A stretch of DNA of 64,000 bases. It comes from an uncultured Nibricoccus sp. Lineage in GTDB: Bacteria > Verrucomicrobiota > Verrucomicrobiia > Opitutales > Opitutaceae. Position numbers and translations under genes: made by a program. Shown one piece after another: positions 50,176 to 59,966 of the stretch (position 1 is the stretch's first letter; every line of letters begins with the position of its first letter). The stretch spans positions 107,165 to 171,164 of the forward strand of contig CBINDC010000006.1 in NCBI GenBank assembly GCA_966249325.1, in the 5' to 3' direction. Under the pieces are notes generated by a model. That model saw only the letters and a program-made list of their open reading frames with translations, was not told the origin of the DNA and made no database searches.

Positions 50176-51114
50176 TCAGTCTTTGGAGGAGCGGACGTCG
50201 AGGGCGTCGCGGAGGCCGTCGCCGAGGAAGTTTAAGGAGAAGAGGGTCCAAGAGAAGAGGCCGGCGGGGAAGAGGAGGAGCCAGGGGTATTCTTCGAGTT
50301 TTTGCTGGCCGTCGTTGAGGAGCACGCCCCAAGAGCTCATCGGGGGTTGCACGCCGAGGCCGAGGAAGCCGAGGAAGGCTTCGAGGAGCATGACGGCCGG
50401 GATCGTGAGCGTGGTGTACACGATGATGGGGCCGAGCGTATTGGGGAGGATGTGACGGAAGATGATGCGGAGCGGGCCGTAGCCGAGGGAGCGGGCGGCC
50501 TCGATGTACTCCATTTTCTTAATCGACATGACCTGGCCGCGGACGATGCGGGCCATGGTGAGCCATTCGACGGCGCCGATGGCGGCGAAGATGAGGAGGA
50601 GGTCGAAGGAGGCGCCGAGGTTGTACTTCAGGGTGAGCGTGCGGGTGAAGACCATCAGCAGGATGACGAAGATGGTGAAGGGTAGGGCGTAGATGATGTC
50701 CACGATGCGCATCATGAGGGCGTCGATTTTGCCGCCGACGTAGCCGGAGATGGCGCCGTAGGTGACGCCGATGGTGAGGGCGACGAAGGTGGCGCAGAGG
50801 CCGACGGCGAGGGAGAGGCGGCCGCCGACGAGCGTGCGGACCATGAGGTCGCGGCCGTACTCGTCGGTGCCGAACCAGTGGCGGGCGTTGGGCGGGAGGT
50901 TGGCGTATTCGAAGTCTTGATCCGAGTAACTGAACGGGCTGACCCAGGGGACGACGAGGCAGGCGGTGGCGATGATCGCGAGGGAGATCATGCCGAAGAG
51001 GGCGAGTTTGTTTTTGCGGAGGCGGTGCCAGGCGTCGCGCCAGAGGGAGGTGCCGCGCTCGGTGTCGAGGCTGGCGTTGACCGGGGAGACGGGAGTGGGA
51101 ATCGGTTCGGCCAT
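50176..51114 (-). CDS. oppC: oligopeptide/dipeptide ABC transporter permease (OppC/DppC family)
   Basis: Typical OppC N-terminus (LWRDAWHRLRKNKLALFG, GTDEYGRD) and the binding-protein-dependent EAA region. Confidence 0.85.
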   Translation of the reverse strand: MAEPIPTPVSPVNASLDTERGTSLWRDAWHRLRKNKLALFGMISLAIIATACLVVPWVSPFSYSDQDFEYANLPPNARHWFGTDEYGRDLMVRTLVGGRLSLAVGLCATFVALTIGVTYGAISGYVGGKIDALMMRIVDIIYALPFTIFVILLMVFTRTLTLKYNLGASFDLLLIFAAIGAVEWLTMARIVRGQVMSIKKMEYIEAARSLGYGPLRIIFRHILPNTLGPIIVYTTLTIPAVMLLEAFLGFLGLGVQPPMSSWGVLLNDGQQKLEEYPWLLLFPAGLFSWTLFSLNFLGDGLRDALDVRSSKD

Positions 51115-51121
51115 GGCGCGG

Positions 51122-52141
51122 TCAGGAGTCGAGGCGGATTTTTGGGTTCATCCAGGCCTGGAGGACGTCGGCGAGGAGGTTGAGCGCCATGATGAAGCCG
51201 GCGTAAACGATGACGGTGCCGATGACCAAGTTATAGTCGCGGTTGCCGATGCTGGTGACGAATTCGCGGCCGAGGCCGGGTATTTGGAAAATGGACTCGA
51301 TGACGAAGGAGCCGGTGAGGACGCCGGCGATGGCGGGGCCGAGGTAGGAGACGAGGGGGAGGAGCCCGCCGCGGAGGCCGTGGCGGATGACGATGCGGAG
51401 TTCGGAGGCGCCTTTGGCGCGGGCGGTGCGGATGAAGTCCTGGTTGAGGACATCCAGCATGCCGCCGCGGGTGATGCGGAGGATGGGGGCGGCGAAGGCG
51501 AGGCCGAGGACGGTGGCGGGGAGGACGCGCGTGGCGACGAGATCGGCGAAGAGCTGGCGGCCGCTGGCGATTTCATCCCAGCCGACCCAGCCGGAGGCGG
51601 GGAGGTGGCGCCAGTAGATCGCGAAGATGAGGACGGCGATGGGACCGACGACGAAGGTCGGTGTGCAAATGCCGATCATGCCGAAGGTGGAGGCGGTGTA
51701 ATCGGGCCAGGTGTTGCGGCGCACGGCGGCGATGACGCCGAGGGGCACGCCGACGCAGAGGGCGATGACGATGGCGAGGAAGCCGAGTTCGAGGGAGACG
51801 GGGAGTTTGTCGGCGACGATTTCGTTAACGGTGTAGCTGGCGTACCGGTACGAGGGGCCGAGATCGATGCCGAAGGCGGCTTTGAGATCGAGGCTTTCGC
51901 GGAGGGCGAGGGGGGAGAATTTCTTGGGGCAGAGCTGCCAGATGTAGTCGGCGTATTGTTTCCAGAGCGGGTCGTTGAGGCGGTAGTATTCTCTGATGCG
52001 TTGCTCGATCTCGGGGGTTGTCGCGCGCTCTGCGGTGAAGGGGCCGCCCGGGACGAAGCGCTGCATGAAGAACGTCGCTGTTACGATGATGAACAGCGCG
52101 ATGCAGGACTGGAGGAAGCGGAAGGTGAAAAAGCGGAGCAT
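51122..52141 (-). CDS. oppB: oligopeptide/dipeptide ABC transporter permease (OppB/DppB family)
   Basis: OppB-like N-terminus and permease core. 8-bp gap to oppC. Confidence 0.85.
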   Translation of the reverse strand: MLRFFTFRFLQSCIALFIIVTATFFMQRFVPGGPFTAERATTPEIEQRIREYYRLNDPLWKQYADYIWQLCPKKFSPLALRESLDLKAAFGIDLGPSYRYASYTVNEIVADKLPVSLELGFLAIVIALCVGVPLGVIAAVRRNTWPDYTASTFGMIGICTPTFVVGPIAVLIFAIYWRHLPASGWVGWDEIASGRQLFADLVATRVLPATVLGLAFAAPILRITRGGMLDVLNQDFIRTARAKGASELRIVIRHGLRGGLLPLVSYLGPAIAGVLTGSFVIESIFQIPGLGREFVTSIGNRDYNLVIGTVIVYAGFIMALNLLADVLQAWMNPKIRLDS

Positions 52142-52299
52142 TCAGCGAGATCGGCCGGTGACGGTGCGAGCGCGCGCGGGTGGTGACAAGTCTGGGGTGA
52201 GGAGGTTTCGCGGGCGGTGTGCGATGCGGGCGATGATGCGTGGAACCCGACGCGGGAGGACGGACTTTCGGACGGGTCGCTGGCGCTCCTCGCTACGCG

Positions 52300-53901
52300 C
52301 TACGGGGCGAGGTCGATGTGTTTCCAGGGGAACGTATCGAGGTAAGTGGTGCGGAAGTGGCGGACTTGGGGGGAAATCAGGCGGGGGTGAGTGTAGAAAT
52401 AGATGGGCATGACGGGCATCTCATCGACGAGGATTTTTTCCATCTGTTGGTAGATGGCGTAGCGGTCGGCCTCGGTTTTGGCGTCGAGCGAGGCGGCGAG
52501 GAGGCGGTCGTATTCGGGGCTGCCCCAGCCGGTGTTGTTGTTGCCGCCGCCGGTCTGCCAGAGGTCGAGGAAGACATTCGGGTCGACGTAGTCGGCGATC
52601 CAGCCGGCGCGTTGGAACTGGAAGTCACCGGCTTTCTGGGCGGCGATGTAGACCTTCCACTCCTGATTCGTGAGGCTGATGGTGATGCCGAGATTTTTTT
52701 TCCACATCTGCTGGAGGGCTTCGGCGATGCCGCGGTGCTTGGTGTCGGTATTGTAGAGGAGCTCGATCTTCGGGATGCCTTTGCCGTCGGTGTATCCGGC
52801 TTCGGCGAGGAGGCGTCTGGCTTCGGCGATATTGGCGGCGAGGCGGTTTTCGCTGACGAAGCCGCTGACGTTGGGCGGGACGAAATTATAGGCGGGGATC
52901 TCGCCGCCGCGGGTGATGAATTTGACGATGGTCTCGCGGTCGATGGAGAGGGCGAGGGCGCGGCGGACGCGGACGTCGTCGAAGGGTTTTTTGGCGGTGT
53001 TGAAGCGGTAGTAGTAGATACCGCAATACGGTTCGAGGCTGAGCTGGGCGGGGTTGTCGCGCTGGTAGGTGGCGATTTTGACGCGGGGGATTTCGTGGGT
53101 GATGTGGAGCTGGCCGGTGCGGAACATTTTTTCCTCGGTGTCGGCGACGTCGATGGGGTGGAAATGGATTTCGTCGAGTTTGACGCTGGCGCGGTCCCAG
53201 TAAGTGGGGGAGCGGGAGACGATGATTTTCTGGCCGGGTTTCCAGTCGGTGAGGACGAAGGCGCCGTTGCCGACGAGGTTTTCTGGGCGGGTCCAGCGGG
53301 TGCCCTTGCGGGTGACGGCGTCGAATTTTTCGAGGGTGGGGATGTGGACGGGGAACCAGGCGCAGTGGACGAGGGATTTCAGGAAGAAGGGGGCGGGTTT
53401 GCGGAGGGTGATCTGGAGGGTGTGGTCGTCGAGGGCGCGAAAGCCGGTCTTGGTGAAGTCGGTGAGTTTGCCTGTATTGAAATCTTCGGCACCGGCGACG
53501 AGGAAGAGCATGTAGGCGTAGTCGGCGCCGAGGAGGGGCGTGAGCATGCGCTCGTAGGAGCGGACGAAGTCGCGGGCGGTGACGGGATCGTTGTTGGACC
53601 AGCGGGCGTCGGGGCGGAGATGGAAGGTGTAGACGAGGCCGTCGGGGGAGATTTCCCAGCGGGTGGCGACGCCGGGGGCGACGTTATCGCCGTCGGGCGC
53701 GGGCATGACGAGGCCCTCGAAGAGCGAGTCGATGATGTGGTGTTCGGGGACGCCGGTGATGACTTGCGGGTCGAGATCCTGGGGCTCGGCGCCGTTGCCG
53801 TAGTTGAGGATTTTCGGCGCGGCGTGGGCGGAGGCGGGTAATGAGAAAGCGGTGACGGCGGCGAAGAGAAGGGCGGGGAAGGCGGAGAGGAGGCGGCGCA
53901 T
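52300..53901 (-). CDS. oppA: oligopeptide ABC transporter substrate-binding protein (SBP family 5)
   Basis: Signal peptide. Family-5 SBP size (533 aa) and motifs (L..SPD...YTFHLR, NTDTK). Confidence 0.85.
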   Translation of the reverse strand: MRRLLSAFPALLFAAVTAFSLPASAHAAPKILNYGNGAEPQDLDPQVITGVPEHHIIDSLFEGLVMPAPDGDNVAPGVATRWEISPDGLVYTFHLRPDARWSNNDPVTARDFVRSYERMLTPLLGADYAYMLFLVAGAEDFNTGKLTDFTKTGFRALDDHTLQITLRKPAPFFLKSLVHCAWFPVHIPTLEKFDAVTRKGTRWTRPENLVGNGAFVLTDWKPGQKIIVSRSPTYWDRASVKLDEIHFHPIDVADTEEKMFRTGQLHITHEIPRVKIATYQRDNPAQLSLEPYCGIYYYRFNTAKKPFDDVRVRRALALSIDRETIVKFITRGGEIPAYNFVPPNVSGFVSENRLAANIAEARRLLAEAGYTDGKGIPKIELLYNTDTKHRGIAEALQQMWKKNLGITISLTNQEWKVYIAAQKAGDFQFQRAGWIADYVDPNVFLDLWQTGGGNNNTGWGSPEYDRLLAASLDAKTEADRYAIYQQMEKILVDEMPVMPIYFYTHPRLISPQVRHFRTTYLDTFPWKHIDLAP

Positions 53902-53955
53902 GGCGCGGAGCGTGGGAGGTTTTGCGCGGGCGGCAAGCGGGGGCGCGCGGATATG

Positions 53956-53980
53956 AAAAAGGCCCGGAGAAATCCGGGCC
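53956..53980 (-). terminator. rho-independent terminator (minus strand) after the BamE-like gene
   Basis: aaaaa-ggcccggagaaatccgggcc on the plus strand = hairpin + T5 on the minus strand. Confidence 0.55.
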
Positions 53981-54004
53981 TGAGATGGATCGAGTATTTT
54001 GATG

Positions 54005-54322
54005 CTATAGGCCTACGCGAGTGATGGCACAAACGACGTCAGAGTTATAGCAGACAACAAGGTTATCTTCGAAGCGGCCATACCACAGGCTTGGGTTTGC
54101 AGCGTAGGCAAATTGCTTCCGGTCTTTTGGACAGCTTTGGCAAGCAGTCGGCATCACATCTGCCACGCCCGCTCCAAGTAGTCTTTCGACATACTCCATC
54201 TTCATGCCTGGTTTGATCTGCAGGACACGGTTTTCTCGAAGACGCGCAGCTATGGCTGTCGTCGCGGCAAAGCCCACGCTCAAAGCTAATCCAATGGCCG
54301 CAATTTTTTTGCCCCGACTCAT
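54005..54322 (-). CDS. small secreted SmpA/OmlA (BamE-like) domain protein in a low-GC patch
   Basis: Signal peptide, then IKPGMKMEYVERLLG resembling the BamE GMTKxQV..LG.P motif. Local GC (~50%) is far below the window average. Confidence 0.4.
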   Translation of the reverse strand: MSRGKKIAAIGLALSVGFAATTAIAARLRENRVLQIKPGMKMEYVERLLGAGVADVMPTACQSCPKDRKQFAYAANPSLWYGRFEDNLVVCYNSDVVCAITRVGL

Positions 54323-54363
54323 TTAAGTTTTCCCGGATTATTGGAGATATCCGCGGCTTACTT

Positions 54364-55224
54364 TCAGACCTTCACGGCGAAGAGCTCGGCGTGCATGTCG
54401 CCTTCGGCGACTTTGTTCACGGTGCCGGTCATCATGATCGAAAAATTGTCGCCGATCTCGATGCCGATTTTGCCGCCGGGCATGTGGACGGTGATGTCTT
54501 TGTCGACGAGGCCGAGGCGGTGGGCGACGGCGGCGGCGGCGCTGGAGCTGCTGCCGGAAGCGAGCGTGTAGCCGGCACCGCGTTCCCAGATCTCGATGCG
54601 GATATTTTTGCGGTCGAGGATCTGGAGGAACTGGACGTTGGTCTTGCGCGGGAAGTTGGTGTGGACCTCTAGGTGAGGGCCGTATTTGTGCGCGAGTTCG
54701 GCGGTGACTTCGGGGAGCGGGAGGACGCAGTGGGGATTGCCGATGGTGGCGGCGCAGTAGGTGAACTCGCGGTCGAGGATCTGGATTTCTTCGTTGATCA
54801 CCTCGCGGGCCGGGCCCGTGAGGTTGACGGGAATTTTAGCGCTGTCGAAGGAGACGTTGCCCATCGCGATTTTGATGAGCTGGCCGTTTTCCATGATGAC
54901 GGAGCGGACGAGGCCGCCGGGGACTTCGATGGTGAAGTCGGGGTTTTTGACGAGTTTCTGGTCCCAGAGATAGCGGGAGAAGATGCGGAGGCCGTTGCCG
55001 GATTTTTCGGCTTCGGAGCCGTCGGGGTTGAAGATGCGCAGGCCGAACTCGGCTTTTGTCGACGGGAGCGGGCCCCAGAGGATGCCGTCGGAGCCGACGC
55101 CGAAGTTGCGGTGGCAGACGACGCGGATCTGGTCGAGCGTGGGGGCGGATTTCCATTGGGGGAAATCGGCTGGGTTGAGCACGATGTAGTCGTTGCCGAG
55201 GGCGTGGTACTTGTAGAAGCGCAT
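54364..55224 (-). CDS. dapF: diaminopimelate epimerase
   Basis: FYKYHALGNDYIVL N-terminus, the two catalytic-Cys regions (IFNPDGSEAEKSGNG; GNPHCV), GAGYTLASGS. Confidence 0.85.
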   Translation of the reverse strand: MRFYKYHALGNDYIVLNPADFPQWKSAPTLDQIRVVCHRNFGVGSDGILWGPLPSTKAEFGLRIFNPDGSEAEKSGNGLRIFSRYLWDQKLVKNPDFTIEVPGGLVRSVIMENGQLIKIAMGNVSFDSAKIPVNLTGPAREVINEEIQILDREFTYCAATIGNPHCVLPLPEVTAELAHKYGPHLEVHTNFPRKTNVQFLQILDRKNIRIEIWERGAGYTLASGSSSSAAAAVAHRLGLVDKDITVHMPGGKIGIEIGDNFSIMMTGTVNKVAEGDMHAELFAVKV

Positions 55225-55310
55225 GGGCGGAAAAACGCGGAGCCCAAGGGGATTTCCCAATCCGGGCAATCGCGGAAACGCGGAAGCGCTGAAGAGGGCG
55301 GAGCGCGCGG

Positions 55311-55949
55311 CTAGAGTTTGCGGATGGCTTCTTCCGGGTTTGCGAGGAACGTGCGCATGAATTTCACGACGGGGACGTCGTCGTAGGCGCGCGGGGTGAC
55401 TTCAGGGGCGTCGAAGTCGAGGATCTGGGCGTCGGGGAACGCGAGGAGGAGCGGTGAGTTGGTGGCGATGATGAACTGGGCGTTGCCGGCGGTGAGGGAT
55501 TTGAGCAGTGCGAGCAGCGCGAGCTGGCGCTGGGGCGGGAAAGTGCATTCCGGGGTGTCGATCAGGTGGAGTCCGCCGGGGACGCAGCGGCTGCGGAGCA
55601 TTTCCAGGCAGGCCTCGCCATCGTGGCAGTGAAGATCGCAGGGGCGGAGGAAGACGCCGTAGTTGGTCTTTGGCGACCAATGGAGGGTGAGGTTTCTCGC
55701 GAGATTGTGGCTGGCGGCGAGGGACGGCTCGTGCTCGGGCGGGAGGTCGGCGGGGACGGGGAGTTTCGCGCGGAGGGCGATGGCGGCGAGGAGGGTGGAG
55801 CGGGTGGAGCCGTTTTCGCCCGTGAGGAATGTGACCGAGGAGGTGAACGTGAGGCTGCGGAGGGCGACGAGACGGGGTATCGCGAACGGGGTGTTGGTGT
55901 AGCCTTCGGGTTCTCCGCTCGTCCGCTCGATGCTGCGAAGGAAAATCAT
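55311..55949 (-). CDS. compact AAA_21/ABC-like ATPase homolog with substituted catalytic motifs (probable pseudo-ATPase)
   Basis: Walker A reads GENGSTRS (canonical GENGSGKS). Walker B reads LHLIDTPE (canonical LLIDEPE). The H-loop reads IIATNSP (canonical ITTHSP). Confidence 0.55.
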   Translation of the reverse strand: MIFLRSIERTSGEPEGYTNTPFAIPRLVALRSLTFTSSVTFLTGENGSTRSTLLAAIALRAKLPVPADLPPEHEPSLAASHNLARNLTLHWSPKTNYGVFLRPCDLHCHDGEACLEMLRSRCVPGGLHLIDTPECTFPPQRQLALLALLKSLTAGNAQFIIATNSPLLLAFPDAQILDFDAPEVTPRAYDDVPVVKFMRTFLANPEEAIRKL

Positions 55950-56133
55950 ACGGCGGGACTATAGCACGGTTTGGCGAAAAAGAAGGGAGGGAGAAATTTT
56001 GGAGCCCTTTGCGAAGGGCGGTGTCGGTGGCGGCTCTCCCTTTTATTTTTCCGCTCGTCTTCGGCGGCGCGGAGTTTGTGCTGGGAAATTCGCGGTCTGT
56101 TTTAACTTATTCGTATTTATCACCATCGCTCGA

Positions 56134-57540
56134 ATGTTTTCCCTGCGTTCTCATATCCTGATTCTCGCGACACTACAGGCGTTAGGAGGTACGTTGGTGA
56201 GGGCGGCCGATAAGCCTGCCGGGGCGGTGGATGCGAAGATGGGGGAGCCGTTGCTGGTGGCCTTGCCGGAGCGGAGTCTGCCTGAGCTGGATGCTTTGTT
56301 GCGCGTGGGGTTGGAGAATGGGCCGACGATTTTGATCCGGCGATGGGAGGCGGAGCAATCGGCGCAGAATGCGCGGGTTTATCGCGCGCCGATGTTGCCG
56401 CAGGTATACGGTTCATTGCAGGGAGGCGTGATCCATGAGCAGCGTAAAAATGAAGGTGCAGCGGACGTGCCTGATCGCACGGTCGAGGCGGCGCTTTATA
56501 ATTTTGGTATCAGCCAGAACCTCTTTCACTGGGGCGCACTGGCGAAGAATTATGAGGTGGGGAAACTCTACAGTGCGATTTCGTCGCGCAATCTGGAGGA
56601 GACGCGGCGGTTGCTCGCGGTGGATCTGCGGCGGCGGTATTTCAATCTGGTGATTGCGACAGGCGCGCTAGAGCTGGCGAAGAAGAGCCTGGCGGATTCG
56701 GAGCGCGAACTGGAGTTTGCGAAGAAGCAGGTGGCGGACGGTTTCGCGGCGTCGGGAGATTCGGGGACGGTCGAGTACGCGATCACGAATGCGCGCATCG
56801 ATATCCAAAGACTGACGGGCGACCGGGACACCCTGGCGCGGGACTTTGCGCGTCTGGCGGGTGTGCCGATTGAGAAACTCCCGTCGCCCGTCGTGGAGTT
56901 GCCGGCGCCGCCGGACATCGACGGTATCATTAAAGGACTTACGACAGAGGCGCCATTCGTGCGCGCGGTGCAACTTCAGAACCTCGACGATTACGTGCGC
57001 GCAGAGCAGCTCAATTATGAGATTCAGAAGGTGCGGCTGCGTCCAAAGTTCGGACTGAATCTTTCGGTGAATCAGGATAATCGTAATCCCGATAACAACG
57101 ATCTCGGGCCCAAGGCGCTGATCACGTCGTGGAATGCGTTCGCGACCGTGAACTGGACTTTATTCGACGGATTCAGCGCGCAAGCTTCGAAGAAAGCAGC
57201 ACTGGCAAGGAAGCGTATGTACGAGGCGGATCGCGATCAGGCGGAGCGTGTGGATGCGGATTCGCGCAAAGCCGATGTAACGAAACTTCAGCTCCTATGG
57301 CGTCAGCTGCAGGAGTCGGAAAAGACTCTCTCGAGTGCGCGCGGCAGTGTGGCCGTTGCGGAAAAAGATTTCGCGGCGGGTTGGACGCCCCGCAGCACAA
57401 TCGACGATGCACGTCGGACAGCGGATTCGGCGTTGCAATCGACCAATGTCATGCGCGCGGAGTTTTATACGGCGCTGGCGAGCTACTTTTCCAACCGGGG
57501 TATCGATCCCGCGCTGCGTCTCCAGTCGCAAGGGCGTTGA
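56134..57540 (+). CDS. TolC-family outer-membrane efflux protein
   Basis: Signal peptide; two repeats of the OEP coiled-coil/beta architecture. Confidence 0.8.
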   Translation: MFSLRSHILILATLQALGGTLVRAADKPAGAVDAKMGEPLLVALPERSLPELDALLRVGLENGPTILIRRWEAEQSAQNARVYRAPMLPQVYGSLQGGVIHEQRKNEGAADVPDRTVEAALYNFGISQNLFHWGALAKNYEVGKLYSAISSRNLEETRRLLAVDLRRRYFNLVIATGALELAKKSLADSERELEFAKKQVADGFAASGDSGTVEYAITNARIDIQRLTGDRDTLARDFARLAGVPIEKLPSPVVELPAPPDIDGIIKGLTTEAPFVRAVQLQNLDDYVRAEQLNYEIQKVRLRPKFGLNLSVNQDNRNPDNNDLGPKALITSWNAFATVNWTLFDGFSAQASKKAALARKRMYEADRDQAERVDADSRKADVTKLQLLWRQLQESEKTLSSARGSVAVAEKDFAAGWTPRSTIDDARRTADSALQSTNVMRAEFYTALASYFSNRGIDPALRLQSQGR

Positions 57541-57582
57541 GCCGGGCAGTGGACGATCATTCTCCGAGAACGTTTTTAATTT

Positions 57583-58707
57583 ATGTCTTCGACGAAAATT
57601 TTGGTGACCGGCGGACTGTTGCTGGTTCTTGGTGCAGCGGGTTGGTTGGGTTACCGGCAGGCGCGTCCGCTCGCGGTGGTCGGTCCGATCACGCGCGGCT
57701 CGGCGGTGCAGGCGGTGCCGGCAAACATACTCGTGACGGAAGCGTTCCGCATGGAAATCAAGAGCGAGGCGGGCGGGCGCGTCATCAAGAGCCATGTGCA
57801 GCTCGGCACCGAGGTGAAGGCGGGCGATGTGTTGTTCGAAATCGATCCGCGCGATCTCGAATTGCAGATCGAGCAGATCGAAACGGATTACAAAGCCGCG
57901 AAGGACAGGATCGCGCTTGGCTCATCCTTGAGGTTCGACATCGCGACGGCTGAAGAGACGGTGCGAAACAACACGCGGCTCGTCGAGCAGGGCAAGCTGG
58001 CGCAGGTCGCGCTCGATCAATCGAAACGAGCTGTCACGCGGCTGCAGGACCAGCTCGCTCTCGAGAACATCGCCAACCAACAGTCTCTCGATAATTACGA
58101 AAACACGTTGAAGACGAGACGCCGCCAGTTGGAGAAAATGCGCGTTGTGGCTCCTGACGACGGCACGGTTTCCGAGATTTTTGCGATCAACGGAGAGTTG
58201 GTGAACGGAGCGCAGTTGCTCGCGCGGGTGATCTCGAGAGCCCGCCTCGTGGAAGCGCAGATCAGCGAGGAAAACTTTCTCGGTGTACGGCCCGGGCTTG
58301 CGGCCAAGGTGCAGCTTTTAGGGCATGGCGGAAAATTGCTCAACGCGACCGTGGCCCGGGTGTTGCCTGGCGCCGATGAACGGACGAAGCGATACAAGGC
58401 GTATCTGACCATCGCTGACATCGACGAGGCGCTGCTTGCGCCGGGGTTGACGGGCGAGGCGAGCATCACGATCGATCGCCACGACAACACGCTGCTGGCC
58501 GAACGGCGCTCGATGCTCGGCCACGCCTTGTTTGTGGTGCGCGATGGCGTGGCGCAGTACGTGCCGGTGGTCGTCGGTTATTCGAATATGAACCACACGG
58601 AGATTCTCTCCGGTGTGAACGAGGGAGATCTGGCGATATTGAGCAATCCCGCCGGTTTCCGCGATGGGCAGAAGGTGCGCGTGCAACAAGAAGCTACGAG
58701 ACGTTAA
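57583..58707 (+). CDS. HlyD-family periplasmic adaptor (membrane fusion protein)
   Basis: N-terminal TM, biotinyl/lipoyl-like hairpin flanks, coiled coil, beta-barrel C-terminus. Confidence 0.8.
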   Translation: MSSTKILVTGGLLLVLGAAGWLGYRQARPLAVVGPITRGSAVQAVPANILVTEAFRMEIKSEAGGRVIKSHVQLGTEVKAGDVLFEIDPRDLELQIEQIETDYKAAKDRIALGSSLRFDIATAEETVRNNTRLVEQGKLAQVALDQSKRAVTRLQDQLALENIANQQSLDNYENTLKTRRRQLEKMRVVAPDDGTVSEIFAINGELVNGAQLLARVISRARLVEAQISEENFLGVRPGLAAKVQLLGHGGKLLNATVARVLPGADERTKRYKAYLTIADIDEALLAPGLTGEASITIDRHDNTLLAERRSMLGHALFVVRDGVAQYVPVVVGYSNMNHTEILSGVNEGDLAILSNPAGFRDGQKVRVQQEATRR

Positions 58708-59966
58708 TGCGCACGAATCTGCAGATTGCGCTGCGTTTCCTTCTGGCGAAGAAGCGCTCGATGGCGATGAGCCTGGCCGGAATCGCGTTTGGCGTGGGGT
58801 TCATCATTCTCACGCAGGCGGTGACATCGGGTTTCCAAGAGTTTTTCATCCGGACGATCTTGGGGACGGATGGCGCGATCCGCGTGGAGGATAAATTTCA
58901 GGCGACGACGGTGGCGATCCCGGTTGAAGGTGGCTCTCCCGGGACGAACGGCCCGGTTGCCGCGATCACGGTCGAGAGCGACCGCCGGTATCAGGAAGGC
59001 GTGGCCGAACCGAGGTTGTTGCGGGAATCGCTGGCGCGGTTTCCCGAAATCACCGGGATGTCGGAAATCGTGCGCGGCAGCGTGCTCATTCAGTCGGCGA
59101 CCCGTGAGGACAACGCGCAGGTGATCGGCATCGAGCTGGATGATCACATTTCGGTATCGAATCTGGAGGAGCAGATCGTGCTCGGCGATCTCACGGCGTT
59201 TCGCGACTCGCCCTCCGGTATCGTCATCGGAGCGGCCATGGCGGCGCGTTTGCGTATCAATCCGGGTAATTCGGTGCTGCTGACCTATGCGGGACAGTCC
59301 ACGCGTTACCGGGTCGTCGCGATTTACGAAACAGGCGTGCGGGATATCGATCGCGTGCGTATTTTCCTGCACCTGAGCGAAGCGCGCACGTTGTTGAAAC
59401 GTCCCTATGGCGCGAGCATCGTGCAGCTCTCATTGAAAGATCCCGATCAGGCGCCTGAAATCGCGCGGCAGATCGAACTGACGGTCAGCCACAAGGCGAC
59501 CAGCTGGCAGGAGCGGGAGAAGGTTTATCTGGAGTTGTTTTTATTTTTCCAAATCGCGGCGGCGATCATGGTGTCGACCATCATCATCGTGTCTGGTCTC
59601 GGCATGTTCAATACGCTCGCGATGATCGTTATGGAGAAAACCAAGGACATCGCGATCCTGCGCTCGATGGGATTTACGCGAGGCGATATTGCGACGATCT
59701 TCATGTTGCAGGGCGTGCTGGTGCTGTTGATCGGCGTGGTTGCAGGCTGGGCGTTGGGAGCGGCGAGCACGTACGCGGTTTCGAGCGTGCCGATCTCGGT
59801 GCGGGGAATCTTTTCGACCGATCACGTCGTGGTGGCCTGGAATTTTGTTCACTATATCGGAGCGGCGCTTGCGGCGGTGGTCGTGGTCTTCATCGCCAGC
59901 TGGCTGCCTGCGCGACGTGCGGCCAGATTAGAACCGGCGGCAATCATCCGGGGGGCTTCGCAATGA
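58707..59966 (+). CDS. FtsX-like ABC transporter permease (MacB/LolE-like)
   Basis: N-terminal TM, large periplasmic domain, C-terminal four-TM FtsX domain. Start overlaps the hlyD stop. Confidence 0.8.
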   Translation: MRTNLQIALRFLLAKKRSMAMSLAGIAFGVGFIILTQAVTSGFQEFFIRTILGTDGAIRVEDKFQATTVAIPVEGGSPGTNGPVAAITVESDRRYQEGVAEPRLLRESLARFPEITGMSEIVRGSVLIQSATREDNAQVIGIELDDHISVSNLEEQIVLGDLTAFRDSPSGIVIGAAMAARLRINPGNSVLLTYAGQSTRYRVVAIYETGVRDIDRVRIFLHLSEARTLLKRPYGASIVQLSLKDPDQAPEIARQIELTVSHKATSWQEREKVYLELFLFFQIAAAIMVSTIIIVSGLGMFNTLAMIVMEKTKDIAILRSMGFTRGDIATIFMLQGVLVLLIGVVAGWALGAASTYAVSSVPISVRGIFSTDHVVVAWNFVHYIGAALAAVVVVFIASWLPARRAARLEPAAIIRGASQ

